A stretch of DNA of 64,000 nt from Amoebidium appalachense (Eukaryota > Protista > Ichthyosporea): the NCBI GenBank assembly GCA_963693365.1, contig CAVNZM010000010.1, forward strand, positions 4,772,159 through 4,836,158, read 5' to 3'. The notes beneath the pieces were generated by a model. It had not been told where the DNA came from and searched no databases. It saw only the letters and a list, made by a program, of their open reading frames with translations. The stretch's first letter is position 1, and the number at the start of each line of letters is the position of its first letter. Shown here in pieces: positions 1 to 27,409 of this stretch. Both the position numbers and the translations under genes were made by a program.

Positions 1-54
1 GAGGGGAGGGGAGGGGGGAGGGGGGAGGAAACGAGAGGGAGAGGGGGCGGGAGG

Positions 55-161
<107 letters not shown>

Positions 162-173
162 AGGGAGGGAGAG

Positions 174-223
<50 letters not shown>

Positions 224-314
224 AGAGAGAGAAAGAGAGAGGGAGAGGGAGGGAGGGGGAGGGAGAGGGGGGAGGGGGGAGGAAACGAGAGGGAGAGGGG
301 GCGGGAGAGGGAGA

Positions 315-442
<128 letters not shown>

Positions 443-536
443 GAGGGAGGGAGGGAGAGGGGGTGGAGGAGGGGTGGAGGGGGAGGGGGAGGGAGAGAGA
501 AAGGGGAGAGAGAGAACAAGAGAGAGCGAGACATAC

Positions 537-638
537 TAGCTTTGGAGTTCTCGATAGGTATGAGTCCCAGCGAGACTTCTCCATTAACCACAGCCGCAAA
601 GGCTTCGTTGAAGTTGGCTTTGGGCACCGTGGTGTATC

Positions 639-669
<31 letters not shown>

Positions 670-917
670 GTTTGTGTGTGTGTACGTGTGTGTGTGCGTG
701 CGTGCTGGTGCGTGCGTGTTCGTACGTGTGTGTTAATTTGTTGTGTGGGTGGGGAGAGAGATGGGGGGGCGGGGAGAGAGAGGGGGGGGGGGGGGAGGGG
801 AGAGAGAAAGAGGGGGGGAGGGAGAGAGAGGGGGAGGGGGGAGAGAGGGGGGGGGGGGAGGGGGGGGGGGGGGAGAGAGAGGGCGGAGGGGAGGGGGGGG
901 GGGAGAGAGAGAGAAAG

Positions 918-948
<31 letters not shown>

Positions 949-1357
949 AAGAGCGTGTGTGTGAGTGTGCGTGTGTGTGCGTGTGTGTATATGGGCGTGT
1001 GCGCGTATGTGTGTGCGTGTTGAACACGCTGGTTGCGAACTGATATCCAGGAAATATAGTCTCGTGAATGCATGCCCATCTCTGAGTTACCGCAACACAG
1101 ACTTGCAGCTACTCAACTCCTTCCCATCCCTTCCCCCCATCCTCCACTACTGTCTCACTCTTCAACTCTGTCCCATCCCTTCAGTCTTTTCGTCCCGCCG
1201 CCACCACCCTGCCCGTCCGGCTTCCAATCTTTGAGAGAGGGAAAGAGAAAAGGAGAGAAGAGGAAGAGGCATACTCGGGTAGTGCCTCACGGCAGGACAG
1301 GTCTGAATAGGCACCGTGGCAGCCCTGGAAGGCCACAGTTTTTGTGTTTGCTGCCAT
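537..1357 (-). CDS. pheA: Prephenate dehydratase, 5' two exons (1357-1275, 637-537); rest lies off the left edge
   Basis: Spliced translation MAANTKTVAFQGCHGAYSDLSCREALPE-YTTVPKANFNEAFAAVVNGEVSLGLIPIENSKA matches the PDT N-terminal motifs (VAFQGxxGAYS; F-x-A-V-x-x-G...IPIENS). GT-AG junctions, consistent phase 2. Confidence 0.88.
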
Positions 1358-1822
1358 TTCGTCCCTTTAGAACCCAAAACCAAACAAAGAGGAGAGAAAA
1401 CCCCAAAAAATACTCAATAGTGACTCTGCTGGGCACCTGCAGGCCAGCTCACGGCGGCTGCCGGATCTGCTTCGGAATGCATTTATTGAAGATATTTTCC
1501 AATAAAAGCCTTCCGATGATAACCGTAAAAAGCTATTGCCTCAAAAGAGCGGTGCCATTAATGTACACGTGCTTGTGCTTCGTTTTGAAGACACTCATTC
1601 TCCACAAGTGTTGTATCCTATACGACGTATCAGTGAGAAGGTTTTTACTTAGCATGGTGCTTGATGCTTCCCGCTTACAGCTAGTTACGTCCACACCCCA
1701 ACCATATGCTCGTTTATGCGCATTTTGATGACTCATTGCAGAAAGATACTATAACAGTTTAAATTTAGTTCTGAGACTCTGCCAACACAGCTGAAACGGT
1801 GATCCTACCCAAGAAATAGAAA
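1358..1822. promoter_or_regulatory. Probable bidirectional promoter / 5' UTRs between PDT and AATF
   Basis: 465-bp microsatellite-free spacer between two divergent ATGs (1357 on -, 1823 on +). Confidence 0.5.
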
Positions 1823-14610
<12,788 letters not shown>

Positions 14611-17064
14611 TTTTCATCCAATTGGACACTAGAAACGGCTACTTGGATCTCGTCCGTAAACAGCCAGAAATACTGATAGCGTATATGACAGTGTATGGTT
14701 TAATAGGGCTGCGATAATGTAGCTGTGGGTGGGTAGGATGGTGTGTGTGTTTGTGTGAGTGTCTACGTGTACTTGTTTGTGCGTGTGTGTGGGCGAGTGT
14801 AGCTTGTGTGTCCGTCTCTCCGCGGTAGTCTGTATGGTTATTATAGCCCGGTGGGCTTCTTTATTTCACCGTCCCTCCCCTCCCCTTTCCCCCTCCACCC
14901 TCCCACCCACCACGTTCCTTTGTGATTTTTTTTTTTTATATTTGTTTGCTTGTTTTTCTTCGTTTTTTTTTACCATGTTCCTTTTTTTTGGCCGGCAGGG
15001 CGGAGAGGGAGGGAGGGAGAGCGTAGGAAGAGGGGGGGGGGGAGAAAAACATGAATGAACCGCAAGTGTACAGTTAACACATTACATACAAACCACTGCT
15101 TGAGCAACACACTATTAGTGTCAGACCATCATGGACATCTGGCCTGGTGCCGGTTGTCCTCTTGAACAAAAAAAAACATGACCATTCAAGCACCCTTGGG
15201 TGTGCATGCATTCAGGACATCAGAACGTCACAAGCACAATACCAATGTGTTTCACTTGGAGCAAAATGCGCTTGTTCTTACTGTTTGATTGTAGATTCAC
15301 GCACAAACGCACGATAACTCTTACAAGCTGTTACATATGTTATATGTGTACTTGGGGAAGAGTTCTCGTGTTGAAACTTGCTTGACTCAGCTTCTAACGG
15401 TTTGTGGTTTTCCGGGCCCTCGGGTTTCCGGGCCCTCGGGGCCTCGGGAGTAGCGCAACCGATGTTTGCGTAAAGCATGACGAAAAGCAGGGAACAAGGG
15501 TGTTCTCTGCAAACCAATCAAAATGCTGACACAAGTTCTAAAACTACCTTAAAAACTCTAACTGTATTCAATGTACTAATACATGATATAAAATCATGGC
15601 TATGATATATAAGGCGGTACGTCAGTGAGCCTCCACGGCATTTGTAGCCTCATGATCAGAGAGCTGCCTCAGAGTTCAAAAAGGCCGGAAACACCTCTTT
15701 ACAGCATGCCGGTTTTGTAACTCAGCAATTCAATGAATGCATGCATGCTCTGCCAGCAGTAGATTATATTTCCTCTTTTATAGCTTTTTCTTTCTGTCAG
15801 TTCGTGGGTGCAGGTGTTGCGCCTTTGCACGGACTGATTGAATTTATTGCTTCAATTCAGACGACGAAAACTCAGGTGAACGCATCGATCGCTACTAAAC
15901 AGATCTAGAAGGGAGATTGGGTTGTCCTGCTGACATCTTACATAGAAACTTTTACCATGCTGTGCCATAACGTCCCTTGAGGTCATTCCTTTCCCTGCAT
16001 GTCTCACTACTTGCTTTACGGTGCCCAAAATGTCTCCGCATTGCTGTCCTAAGTGAGGGGAATTTAAGAACATCGGCTACCGTGGGTGCATCATTCAAGC
16101 TCAAGCTGTCAAGGTGCACAATAAAGACCAACCACAAACACACGGTGCGCGCCCAGTTTCCCACATATCTTTAAAAGACAAAGACATCTGAGTTATCAGG
16201 CCATTTTAGTGACAATCAGTGCAAGTGAAAAACCGCATGCATGTAACAATTGTTTGTGTTGGCTTGTTTACTCTTATGATCTTGTCTTGCTTGGGTTCGA
16301 GGGGTGCTCCTCACAGTATGCATACAAGCATCGTGGAATCCTGTGATCTTTTTGGTATCCAATGCGATACTCAGGCAAGTTTTGCTTTTTTTTCCCCCCC
16401 GTTCTTTTATCGTTCAGCAAGCAGCTTTGTCTTTGGTTCAGCATGTGCACACTTCTCTATGCAAACCCATCTATTCGTGGCTCGGGTCATTCTACAAATT
16501 TATTGAAAAGGATAAGATCTATGATCTTCCTATCCTTTAGTATTTTCTAGCATGAAATCGCAAATATCCACATACGGTCTCTAGAAGACTTTGATAGATG
16601 TGCTCGTTTTCCCCCATTACTTCATTCCTGCCAGCCACGTCACCGTTCCTTGACCTTACCCTCCCCCCCTCCGCTCCCTCCCCACCCCCCTTCCCGGGGA
16701 ATACCTCTCTCCTTTGCTTCCACCACTCACCCTAGGTAAGTGCACACATACACCAATTCGAGATCCCGGTTTAACCATGGTACATATACTGATAGCATCT
16801 GCCTAATATCAGAAGTACTGGTTGGTTCCATCTGTTTTAAGACAACATCTACTGAGAACGTAGAAATTAATACGGGGGTTGTGTGTAGGCTGAGGCCCAC
16901 ATCTGTTCTACAATAATACATGCTCATCTCAGCACAGATTACTAGCCTAAGACACGAATACGCTTATGATGGTCGAGAATCCGCCTAGATGTTGTTCTAT
17001 CACATCTTCTATCCGGATTCAGCACAGATCTGACAGACGGTGACCACCACAGGTATACAAGAAG

Positions 17065-17735
17065 ATGGACCTGGTAACGGGATCCTTTTCGGGGTTCACT
17101 TCCAATCTCTTTGGCGGCATCTGGTCATCCATGCCACAAATGGAACCATGGGAAGTCGTGTTATCCGGATCTGTGTTTTCGCTGTGCAGCCATGTCTTTC
17201 TCTTGAGAATGCTCCCGGGAGCGGAATGGGATGCGCAATTGAGGTTAAAGGAGGGGCCGCTTAGACAAAGGGGCTTCATGGCGTCCATAATCATCAGGTT
17301 TGTTTGAACATCATGTGCTGATAATCTTCTAAGATGGAGCGTAGGCGGTGATTCAGAGCCTCGGTGGGGTGATCGTGCTGGAAAAAATGTGCACGTGCGC
17401 AAAGTAGATCTTTTTGCGTGGAAATAGGTTGGTTGGAAGCTGGGGAGACCAGATAGTGGCTTATCAGCACTTGAGGCTTCGAGTGGATACCTGGTAGTTG
17501 GGCGGGAAATTTTCCTCCTTTTTTTAACTTTCTTTTTTTTTTTTTTTTTTTTTTCTAAAAAAAAAAAAAAGAGTTTTAAAAAAAAAGGAGGGGGGGGAGG
17601 GTTATTGGGAGTATGATGTATATATTTGGAGTGAGATGTTTGCGTGATCTGGGGTGGTTGGGGCCGTTTTCATTGCCATGCAGCTTTGGTTTTTTTTTGC
17701 TCTCTCAGTTTGTTTTCTTTTGAAGCTTCCGAGAA

Positions 17736-17826
<91 letters not shown>

Positions 17827-18582
17827 TGTGTGGGTATTTGTGTGTAGATGTTTGTGGGTGGGGGGCGGGGAGGGGGGGGGGGGGGTTGCTTTTTTTTAAG
17901 TTATTTTTTTTCTTTTTTTTTGGGGGGGGGGGGGGGGGGGGGGGGGGAGTACAGAATGTGAGGGGCCTCTTAGTTTTGTTCAGTATATACCACTGATTTC
18001 CTGTTCTTTGCAGGCCCCTTTTCCCTCTTCCAATATATTAACGGCCCACTTCCCGCTTTGTGATAATTTACCGTGAGCTCTTCACCAAAGACAACATGTT
18101 TCATCACTGTGTTATCAGCCCCCCCCCCCCCTCCCCCCCCCCCCCCTCCTTCCCCCCCCCCTCCCCCCCCCCCCCCCCCCTTCTCACCACCACCACCCTC
18201 CCCCCCTCATCCCCTGGCCGTCCAAAAACAAAAAAGAAACAACTACCAAAAAAAAGAATTAAAAACATGTAATACTTCAAAGTAGTCTCTAACATGTACA
18301 TTCTACAGGCTCATAATCATGTGTTTGTACACCAACCAGCTACTGTTTCTGATTCCCGCGGTCTCCGCGCACGTGGCCCGGTGCCTCTTTCTGATTGGTC
18401 CCGCTGATGGTTCAATTCTGATTGGTTCATGGACAGCCACTTGGGTTGCGAGAAACATGTGGCTTGCATGGGTATGATACCTCCCCCTCCCTTCCCCCCT
18501 TCTCCTTTTTTTCCCGCTGCTCTGTCCCCATCCTCCCCCCCACTCACCCACCCACCCACCTTCCCCTTTAAAAAAAAAAAAG

Positions 18583-18680
<98 letters not shown>

Positions 18681-19463
18681 CCCCCCTCCCCCCCCCCCTC
18701 CCTCTTCCCTCCCTCTCCCCCCACCCCCCTCCCTCCCTCCCTCCCTTCCAATCAAAAGGCCTTACATTTTTATACTGGGATTGCGGATCCAATCGACTCA
18801 TATAACTTTGGATAATCAGATTCCCGCTTGCGCCCAATCAATCGATCAACGGCGCTGAGCCGGCTCCACCTGATTCGTTTGAGTCAGAGTATGACAAACA
18901 CATTTACCTTGAAGCGGCAACGCCATCGTAGTCAAAGGGAGGACAGAAAACATCCAATAAACAAATATCATCATGTTATCTCTAATAAAAACCTTTTTAG
19001 ATGATATATTTGCTTATATTGGTTGCTTTTAGCAATAAATACATATTATACAGCATAAAAAGGTTGCCGCTTGCGCACGCCATTATTTTGCGCTAAAACC
19101 AATTTCTGTTTCCCTCCTTTCAAAAAACGGCTTGATCGAATTCACGGAAATGGAAGGAGATCGGAATGCAGCCGGACGCGGTCCCTGCGTTGTGACTAAT
19201 TGGCCCTTTGTGAATGGATGTGTGACGATTTTGTATTGCGTCCTTCCCTCTCTCCTCTCTCTCTTTCCCCTTCTCCCCCCCCCCCCCCCCCCCCCCCGCC
19301 CACCCTCTCCCTCCCTCTTTCCCTCTCTCAAACATTCAATCGCCTATGCTGCGTAAAGGGAGGCTGCTTCATATTGGGCTCGTTTTTATTTATTTATTTA
19401 TTTATCGTAACATTACTTTTTTTTTTGGCGGGGCGAGGGGGAAGGGGGGGGGAGGGGGGGAGG

Positions 19464-19494
<31 letters not shown>

Positions 19495-20119
19495 GGGGGG
19501 GGGGTTATAGCCATTCTCACAGACGAAATTTGCAAAGGAGCCAAATAGGTGGTGGGGCCAACTTTTTGGCCGTGTCTTGCTTGCTTGGATATGGTTGTGC
19601 TCCAGCATTTCCTCTTATTAGGAAGGGCCGTGATTCGCCAATTTTTTTTTTTTTGAGAGGGGGACCGGGGGAGGGGGGGGCAGAGGGAATGTGGGGAAAG
19701 GAGGGGGAGGGGAGAGATGGTTTTTTGGAGCTGGGGGGTGGTGGTGATCGGGGCGGGGCGAGGGGGGCCGGTGGGGGGAGGAGGGAACGGGGGGGGGGGG
19801 AGGGGGGAGGGGAGGGGGGAAGGGGGGATGGGGGGGGGGGGGGAATGATGAAAGGAACAAAAAAAGAAATACTGACCAGAAAATCCTCCTCCTCCTCCTC
19901 CCCCCCCTGTCCCCCCCCCCCCCACCCCCCCCACGCCCCCTCTCCCTCCCCCCGTGCGGTGCCCCCGTTTTCCATTGAATGAAAAAACCCATATTCGACA
20001 CCAATTACTTTTCCCACACCCCTTTTGCTGCCCCCCGGCACCAACATTGCCATCTGGGCCAATAAAACTTATTGACGCATACACGTGCACACATATTTGC
20101 GCACGCGTGCCCACGTGCG

Positions 20120-20190
<71 letters not shown>

Positions 20191-20226
20191 GCACCCTCCT
20201 TCTAATATCCCCCTTTTTCCCCTCCA

Positions 20227-20257
<31 letters not shown>

Positions 20258-20277
20258 ACATCCCATTCCCTCCCTCC

Positions 20278-20308
<31 letters not shown>

Positions 20309-20697
20309 CTCCCCCCCCCCCCCCCCCCCCCGCCGCCCCTTTTTTTCCCCTCCTCCCTGCCCACCCCTCCTCCCCTCTCTTCTAAACCCTTCACAGCTGG
20401 ACAGTGTTCTCCATCCCCATCTTGCTGTTCTTTCAGGTGCATGTGTTGTCCCCGACACCGTGTTAAAAGGTAATTCGTGCACCCATAAGCTGCATGCTGC
20501 ATCTAGTTATCCCCCCCCCCTCCCCTCCCCCCCCCCCCCTCCCTCCCCCCTCCCCCCTCTCCGAGGCAAAAAAGAAGGGGGGGAGGGGGAGGCGCAGAAA
20601 AAAGAACATTCACTCACCATAACCAATCACTACCACCACCCACTTTCAGCCACCTCTCATACATTCTGTTCCCTTTCCCCCCTCCCTCCCCCCCCCA

Positions 20698-20749
<52 letters not shown>

Positions 20750-21457
20750 CACACGCACACACGCACACACACACACACAACCCTGCCCGTCACCCCCCCA
20801 CACATACACAAACACACACACCCACACATGCATACGCATGCGTGCGCACACACACACACACACGCATGCGCGCATCGTGGTGCACGCACGTGCTACACGC
20901 AAGAAGCATAGCGCAAGCTAGCACACACACAAACACACCACACCCACATACACACACACACAAAACTCCATCATCCGTGACCCTCCTCCCCCCCCCCCCC
21001 CCCCCCCCCCGCCCCATCCCCCCTCACACACATACACATACACACACACGTACCTATACTCACCCACGCAGCGTTTCTCCTTCCTTTTCTTCACGGTGTC
21101 TTCAGTCATTCCCTCCAGTCTCAAGCCCAATTTTCGTGTCCCCCTCTGTGCCTGGCAGCCTCTTTCTGCCTGAGGAACGCAGTTGAGCATTTGAGATGGT
21201 AAATAATGACGTGTGGGTGTGGGTGTCTGTTTAAGGGAGGAGGGGGCAGGGGGGGGGGGGGGGGAGAGTGGGTCGGGGTAGGTTTGGTGTTTAGGTAAGT
21301 GTGGTTTTGTGTGTGGGTGTGTGGGTGGGGATGGGTGCGTGGGTGCGTGTGTTGTTCAGTGGGTTTTTCTTCTGTTTGTATCTACAGCCTAAAATGTCCT
21401 TGGGGATCATTCGATTAACTGCTGGGAGGGAAGTTGGAGGCCCCGGGGAAAAGAAAA

Positions 21458-21492
<35 letters not shown>

Positions 21493-21669
21493 TTACCACA
21501 AAGGTACATCGTCTAAGAAGTAGTTGATAAAGCTTCCCCCCCTTCTTTTTCTTCATTTCTTCAAACAAACCCCCCCATTCCCCCCTCCTCCCCCTCTCAC
21601 CCCCTCCGAATCGCGTCTCCTTTCTCCATTTTTCACTAGGCCACTTTCGCCCTTTCTTCTCGCTAACAG

Positions 21670-21717
<48 letters not shown>

Positions 21718-22632
21718 CGTCTTTTTTTTCCTTTTCCATACAGGCTGGAGCACCCACTTACCGGGCAGATGGGCAGCCGACGGCCCGTAGGCCTGGTATC
21801 GGTGGGCCTGTGGATTCACCTGGGGTGGGCTTATACACAGGGTCATATTGGCGGGTGGGTACTTATCCATGGTTTAGCATGATCCTCAGTGTTGGCTGGA
21901 GCCACCTTGTCCACATACTGAGATACATAATGACGGGTGAGCCCTTATCCCTGCCTTGGCCTTATCCTATTGTTGTTTGAATTATCCTATCACCCTACCC
22001 TGTTAGTAGCAGTGTCTTAGCCTCCTTATCCATATACTTAGGGACATAGTGATGGGGGGGGGGGGGGGGGGGGGGGACTTATCATCCGTTTTGTTACATT
22101 TATCCCTGGCTTTGTTATTATTGTACATGTCATAGCGACACTATGTGTTTGCCCGGAGAGGCATTTCGGTTCCATGTCTCTTCCTTTCCTTGTATTGTTT
22201 GGTTGGACTGGACTGTTTTTGCAACCTTTTTCTATGTAAGCAGTGATATGTATACAGGTGGTGTTTATTCCTGCCGTGCCTTATCCTTGTTGCATATCTC
22301 CTGTTACCTTGTTCTTTTATACTTTTTAACCATCATGTTATGTGCTTGAGCTTTCCTATTTGTGCTAACAATACACATATACCACACCACTGCCACACAT
22401 TCACCACACACCAAACAAGCACCACACATACCCTATCACACACCCCATGCGCGCACACACACCACACACACCGCTCACACACATACACCACACATGAACC
22501 TCACACAACCACACACACACACACAGCACATTTACCCCCCCCCCCCCCCCCCCCCCCCTCACCCACGCACGCACGCACGCACCCACCCACCCACCCACCC
22601 ACCACGCATGCACGTACGCACGCACGCGCGCG

Positions 22633-22666
<34 letters not shown>

Positions 22667-22787
22667 CACACCACAGGCCCACCCACACACACACACACCT
22701 CACACGGACACCATACACACAACGCACAAAGACCCCCCCCCCCCCCCCCCCCCCTTCTATCCCCTCCCTCCCCACCCCATCATCACC

Positions 22788-22840
<53 letters not shown>

Positions 22841-23475
22841 ATCATCGAGCATAAAACATTCTTCGGTCCAAACTCCTCCTCTTTCTCCACAAACACACAC
22901 CTCACTCTGACCCCTTCTCTTTTTTTTTGTCTCTCTTCTACTACAACATGCACATGCAGTGTGCAAGGGTTGGCGGCGCTGCTTTACGGTGCTGTATACG
23001 GCTTGAACAACCACGTGCATGTGCCTCAAAACGGAAACCTGAACAGAAGATTGCTGCCTGGCAGGCCTGTATACAAGACGAACCCGTTTTACGGTGTGTG
23101 TGTGTGTGGGTGGGTGGGTGGGTGGGTGGGTGGGTGAGTGGGTGGGTGGGTGGGAATTGCGGAAGGGGTCGGGCTACGGGTGGGGGTGGAGAGAGGGGTG
23201 TATTCGTGTGGAATGGGAGAGGGAGAGGGGTGTATTCGTGTGGAATGGGAGAGGGAGAGGGGGTGTATTCGTGTGGAATGGGAGAGGGAGAGGGGTGGGC
23301 ATAGGGGGGGAGGGGAGGGGGGAGGGGGAGGGGAGGGGAGGGGGGAGGGGGGGGATGGGTGGTGGGTGGATGGAAGTTAGAGGGTGGGATTGAGGATGGT
23401 GACGGTGGTGAGATTCTGTTGGCAGGCAGGGGTGGCGAATGGGTTTAATAGAGGTTTTTTGTGTGGAGGTGTGCC

Positions 23476-23571
<96 letters not shown>

Positions 23572-23638
23572 ACGCGCGCGCGCGTGTGTGTGGCCGTGTG
23601 TGGCCGTGTGTGCGGGAATTTGGGGCCCTGCTGTGTGT

Positions 23639-23671
<33 letters not shown>

Positions 23672-23829
23672 GGGGGGGGGGGGGAGGGAGGCTCAAGAGG
23701 GTGTGGAAGTATCGAATCCTTACCTAACTTTCGGCGTCCCTGCAGCTGCAAGTTTCAGAAATGATGCCCCAGTCCCATGCGACACCATTGCAGAGGTCTG
23801 CCCCCCCCCCCCCCCCCCCCCCTCCCCCC

Positions 23830-23878
<49 letters not shown>

Positions 23879-25036
23879 CTGCACCTCCCCTCTCATCCGT
23901 TTCCCTCTCACCTGTCCATCATTCCTCTCTCCTCTCCCACCACGACAACCGTCACCACATTCACCATTATTCTTGTGCCCATCCTGCTTTCTCCCTCCCC
24001 CTGCACTCCCCCCTCCCCCCCCCCCCTTCGTCCCTTCACCCTCCGAACACCCCTCCCTCCTTGTATACGTTCTCGTATTGGTCCCGAACATCCCCATTGC
24101 ATTCCTCACCCCATCCCGATTTGGACAATACACAAGAGAAGAACAGAGCAAGAACAAACCAGCAAATGGAGCCAGGAATTAGTGAATGGAATAGATATAT
24201 CGCCTTGTTTGTGATGCCGAGGTACGTAATACGTGCATTTATGGGGTGGGGTAGGCAGGGTTGCGCGTGAGGTAGGGAGGGGGGGGGGGGGGGGGGGGAG
24301 GGAGGGGGAGGGGGGGGGGGGGGGAGGGGGTGTGGTGTGTATGTATGTGTGTGTGTGTATGGGGGGGTGGGGGTTCGGAGGGGAGGGGGGAGGAGTGTGG
24401 AGAGAGGGGTGTGTGTTGTGCGGTGGGTCAGTGTGTGTGTGTGTTGGGGCACGCAGGCGGGGGGGGGGGGGGGGGGGGGGGAGGGGGGAGAAGGGGGGGG
24501 AGGGGGGGGGGGTCACTGGCTTTGACTTGAATTTCACAGGATCCTGACTGGACAATGGGACCGGAGGATGAAGAGGCGGACAGCAGCGGCGATGATGAGT
24601 ACGTGCTTGCACACTCCCCCCCCCCCCCCCTTTCCCCTTCCTCCCCTTCCGCCCCACGCACACACACACACCCATTCACCACCACCACCGCCGCCACCAC
24701 CCCACCCTACCCCATGATCTTTTTTCGCTCCCTCCCTCCCCCCTCCCCCCCCCCTTCCTTCCCGCCCTCGCCCTCTGCCACCTTCCTCCCCTTCCTCGAA
24801 GGCCGAACCCCCCCCCCCCTCCCTCCCTCCCTCCCCTACCTCCCTCCCCCTCCCCCCTTGATTTTCCACGCAATGTTCTCCCTCTGACTTTCCCCCGTAC
24901 TCTCTTGCACTGTCAGTTTCTCCAGCCAAACACCCGCTCTTGGGATCTGGGGGACCCTTTTCGATAGTGGATGAAATGTTTATCAGTTATAACAGAGTAA
25001 TGTTGATGGTATTTGCTAGTGGGGAAGACGGGGGCG

Positions 25037-25069
<33 letters not shown>

Positions 25070-26403
25070 GGAGAGGGTGGGGGGGGGGGAGGGGAGGGGG
25101 GGGGACGAAGAGGTGGGTGGGAAGGGGATGAAGGGGGCATGGTGGGCAAGGATGGGATGATGCACGTTCCTAGCAGTATTTACCTCCCCCCACCCCCCCC
25201 GGACCCTCCCGCCCATCAGCTCCCGCTCCCCCCGACCCTCCCCAAAATACTCTTTCCCTCCCTTTCTTCTCCGGTATTCCTCCCCTCTCCCTCGGTCTTT
25301 TCTGCTGGTGTGTGTTTGTCTCTTTCTGTCTTGGCGTTCCTCTCTCTATCCCCCCCCCCCCCCCCCCTTCCCCACCCCGCCCCCGCGCTCCTTTGTCTTT
25401 CACACCCCTACTCTCCCTCGCTCGATCTCATTCACTATCTCCGCACGAATCTCTTTCCCTCCTTCACCCACCCCCTTCCCCCTCTCCCTCCACTCTTCCC
25501 CCCCCTCCCCCCCCCCCCCCCCCCCCCATCCCCACCTCTTCCTCCTCTGCCCCCGCCCTTTACCTCCTCCCCCTCCCTCCCCCCGCCCCCCTTTCATTTG
25601 CTCTGCCCAGGGATGTGGAGTTGAGTGAGATTGCCGGATTGGCCATCGATGCTGTCACGCCTCTCACCGATCTACTGGGCCAAGGCTACGAAATCTGGTG
25701 CGCCCAGATTAGCCGATCACAGCCAGCCGCCATAGATCCTGACAACAACCAGAGCGTGTCAAGATCTACTAGATCTAGATCCAGGTCATGTGCCCATTCC
25801 GTCACCGGCGCCTCGACATCGCGCCAGCAGTCGCTGGACGTTTCTGATTCGTCGTCACATCTAAGCGAGAGTATGAGTAGATCTAGATCTAGATCTCGGG
25901 CCGGGACCCCATCCTCCCTTTCATCCACACCAGCCCGCGATTCCGCCTGCCTGCCAACTTCACACGGCCAAAGAAGAATTTCCACCTTCTACCAGATTCT
26001 GTCGTTTGTCTTCCTCCCTATTACCGCTCTCGGATTTGTCGCAAAATGTGTTTTTTCTCTTGGGGCAAACGTGAGGAGATGTTTTGTAAATTCCTGTACC
26101 TATGTGTGGTCCCGGGTGCGCTTAGGCTCCGGCGCTGTTGGTGTGGGTGCGGATGGAGTAAATCCGGTGTTCCGTCCTAGGAGGCTTCAGAGGGACATTG
26201 ATGGGGAGTGGGGTAGGACTGGGGATAAGGTGGTACAGGTGGATTGCAGGGTGTGTTGGGGGGCGAAATCGGTCTGGACGGTTCTAGATTGCGGCCATTT
26301 GTGCCTGTGCACGGAGTGTGCGTCGCGGTTGGCGGGTTTGGGGCATACCCGGTGCCCCATATGTAGGGAGGAGGTGAAACGTATCGTGTTTACTCACTAC
26401 TAG
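17065..26403 (+). CDS. Transmembrane C-terminal RING-HC (C3HC4) E3 ubiquitin ligase, RNF26-like architecture; exons 17065-17297, 18309-18471, 19523-19593 (tentative), 21744-21854, 22960-23093, 23746-23795, 24540-24598, 25611-26403
   Basis: Last exon encodes CRVC...[11 protein letters not shown]...[16 protein letters not shown]. Upstream exons are phase-consistent and hydrophobic. An RS-rich, Ser-rich linker and a hydrophobic segment precede the RING. Confidence 0.75.
23192..23292. repeat. Minisatellite, ~3 copies of ~32 bp (GAGAGGGGTGTATTCGTGTGGAATGGGAGAGG)
   Basis: Direct tandem copies visible in the RING-gene intron. Confidence 0.85.
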
Positions 26404-26429
26404 TAGTGAGTAAACACACTACGTTTCAC
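26374..26429. repeat. Palindrome centred on the RING-gene stop codon
   Basis: GTGAAACGTA-tc-GTGTTTACTCACTACT|AGTAGTGAGTAAACAC-ac-TACGTTTCAC: a perfect 32-bp palindrome plus 10-bp outer arms. Confidence 0.92.
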
Positions 26430-27122
26430 GAGCGCGTTCTGACCAAACTTTTTCCTGAGTCGTGACTATGTTTATCCATTGAGTTCGTAGATATATCTCG
26501 TTGTATATCTCCGATGTATTATGTTTTTGGTTTAGGGAGAGTACGACAAAACCGGTTGCTGCGGTCTATACAGCGTGTGTGATTGACCATAGTGTTTACA
26601 TGTAGATAGCCGGAATTTATTCGATTATTCATGTCTCAAAATTCATATCCGGATATATATAAAATATTAAACAAAAAATCAGATTCTGGCTCTAAGAAGT
26701 TTTAAAAAATGAAGATTCTACATGCCTCCATTGCGCATATGGAAATCAAGACCTTTTCCTTTGTTCTTGTGGGCTAGTGTACACATTGGAGTGTCGACAA
26801 AATAGAGATTCTGGCTCGCTGCGACTGACATCCACGGAATGTTATTCGGTCTACCCTACTATACACTGTAGTACCCACCTGCCCGCGCAGTGCACTAAAA
26901 CATTCACAAAAGGGTTCACGTATACACGAGCACATACACCTGCCAGGCAAATGGACCGGCAGAGGTAGCCGTTTGCAGAAAAATATTTTAAAAACAGGAG
27001 TTTAAATGGTGCTATTATGCAACAGACAGTGATTTCCTCACACACCCAATTTATTCACAATTGCCAAATCAAAGATGCACAACAAAGACAGCATAGAGAA
27101 CAGAGAGCAGTGGGGAGGGAGG

Positions 27123-27160
<38 letters not shown>

Positions 27161-27409
27161 TGAGGAAGGGGAATGGGTATAACATTAACGGCTTGGGAGA
27201 AGGTGGCGAAAATGGGGTATGGGTAGACCGAGTTTCTCACATTTATAAGAATTATTCATTCAATGTAGGCGAGCCGCGCCTTTGCACTTAGAAGGTGTCT
27301 CTAGTCATCTGATAACTAGCTAATATCATAGCATCAAGTAGTGTGGGCCCAGCCCACGCCTACAACACGCAAAACTTTGAAGCGCATTAGAACTTTAGTT
27401 ACAATTCTC

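Noticed and set aside
25762-25897. AGATCT palindromic hexamer runs
   Set aside because: They simply encode Arg-Ser repeats in the RING protein linker.
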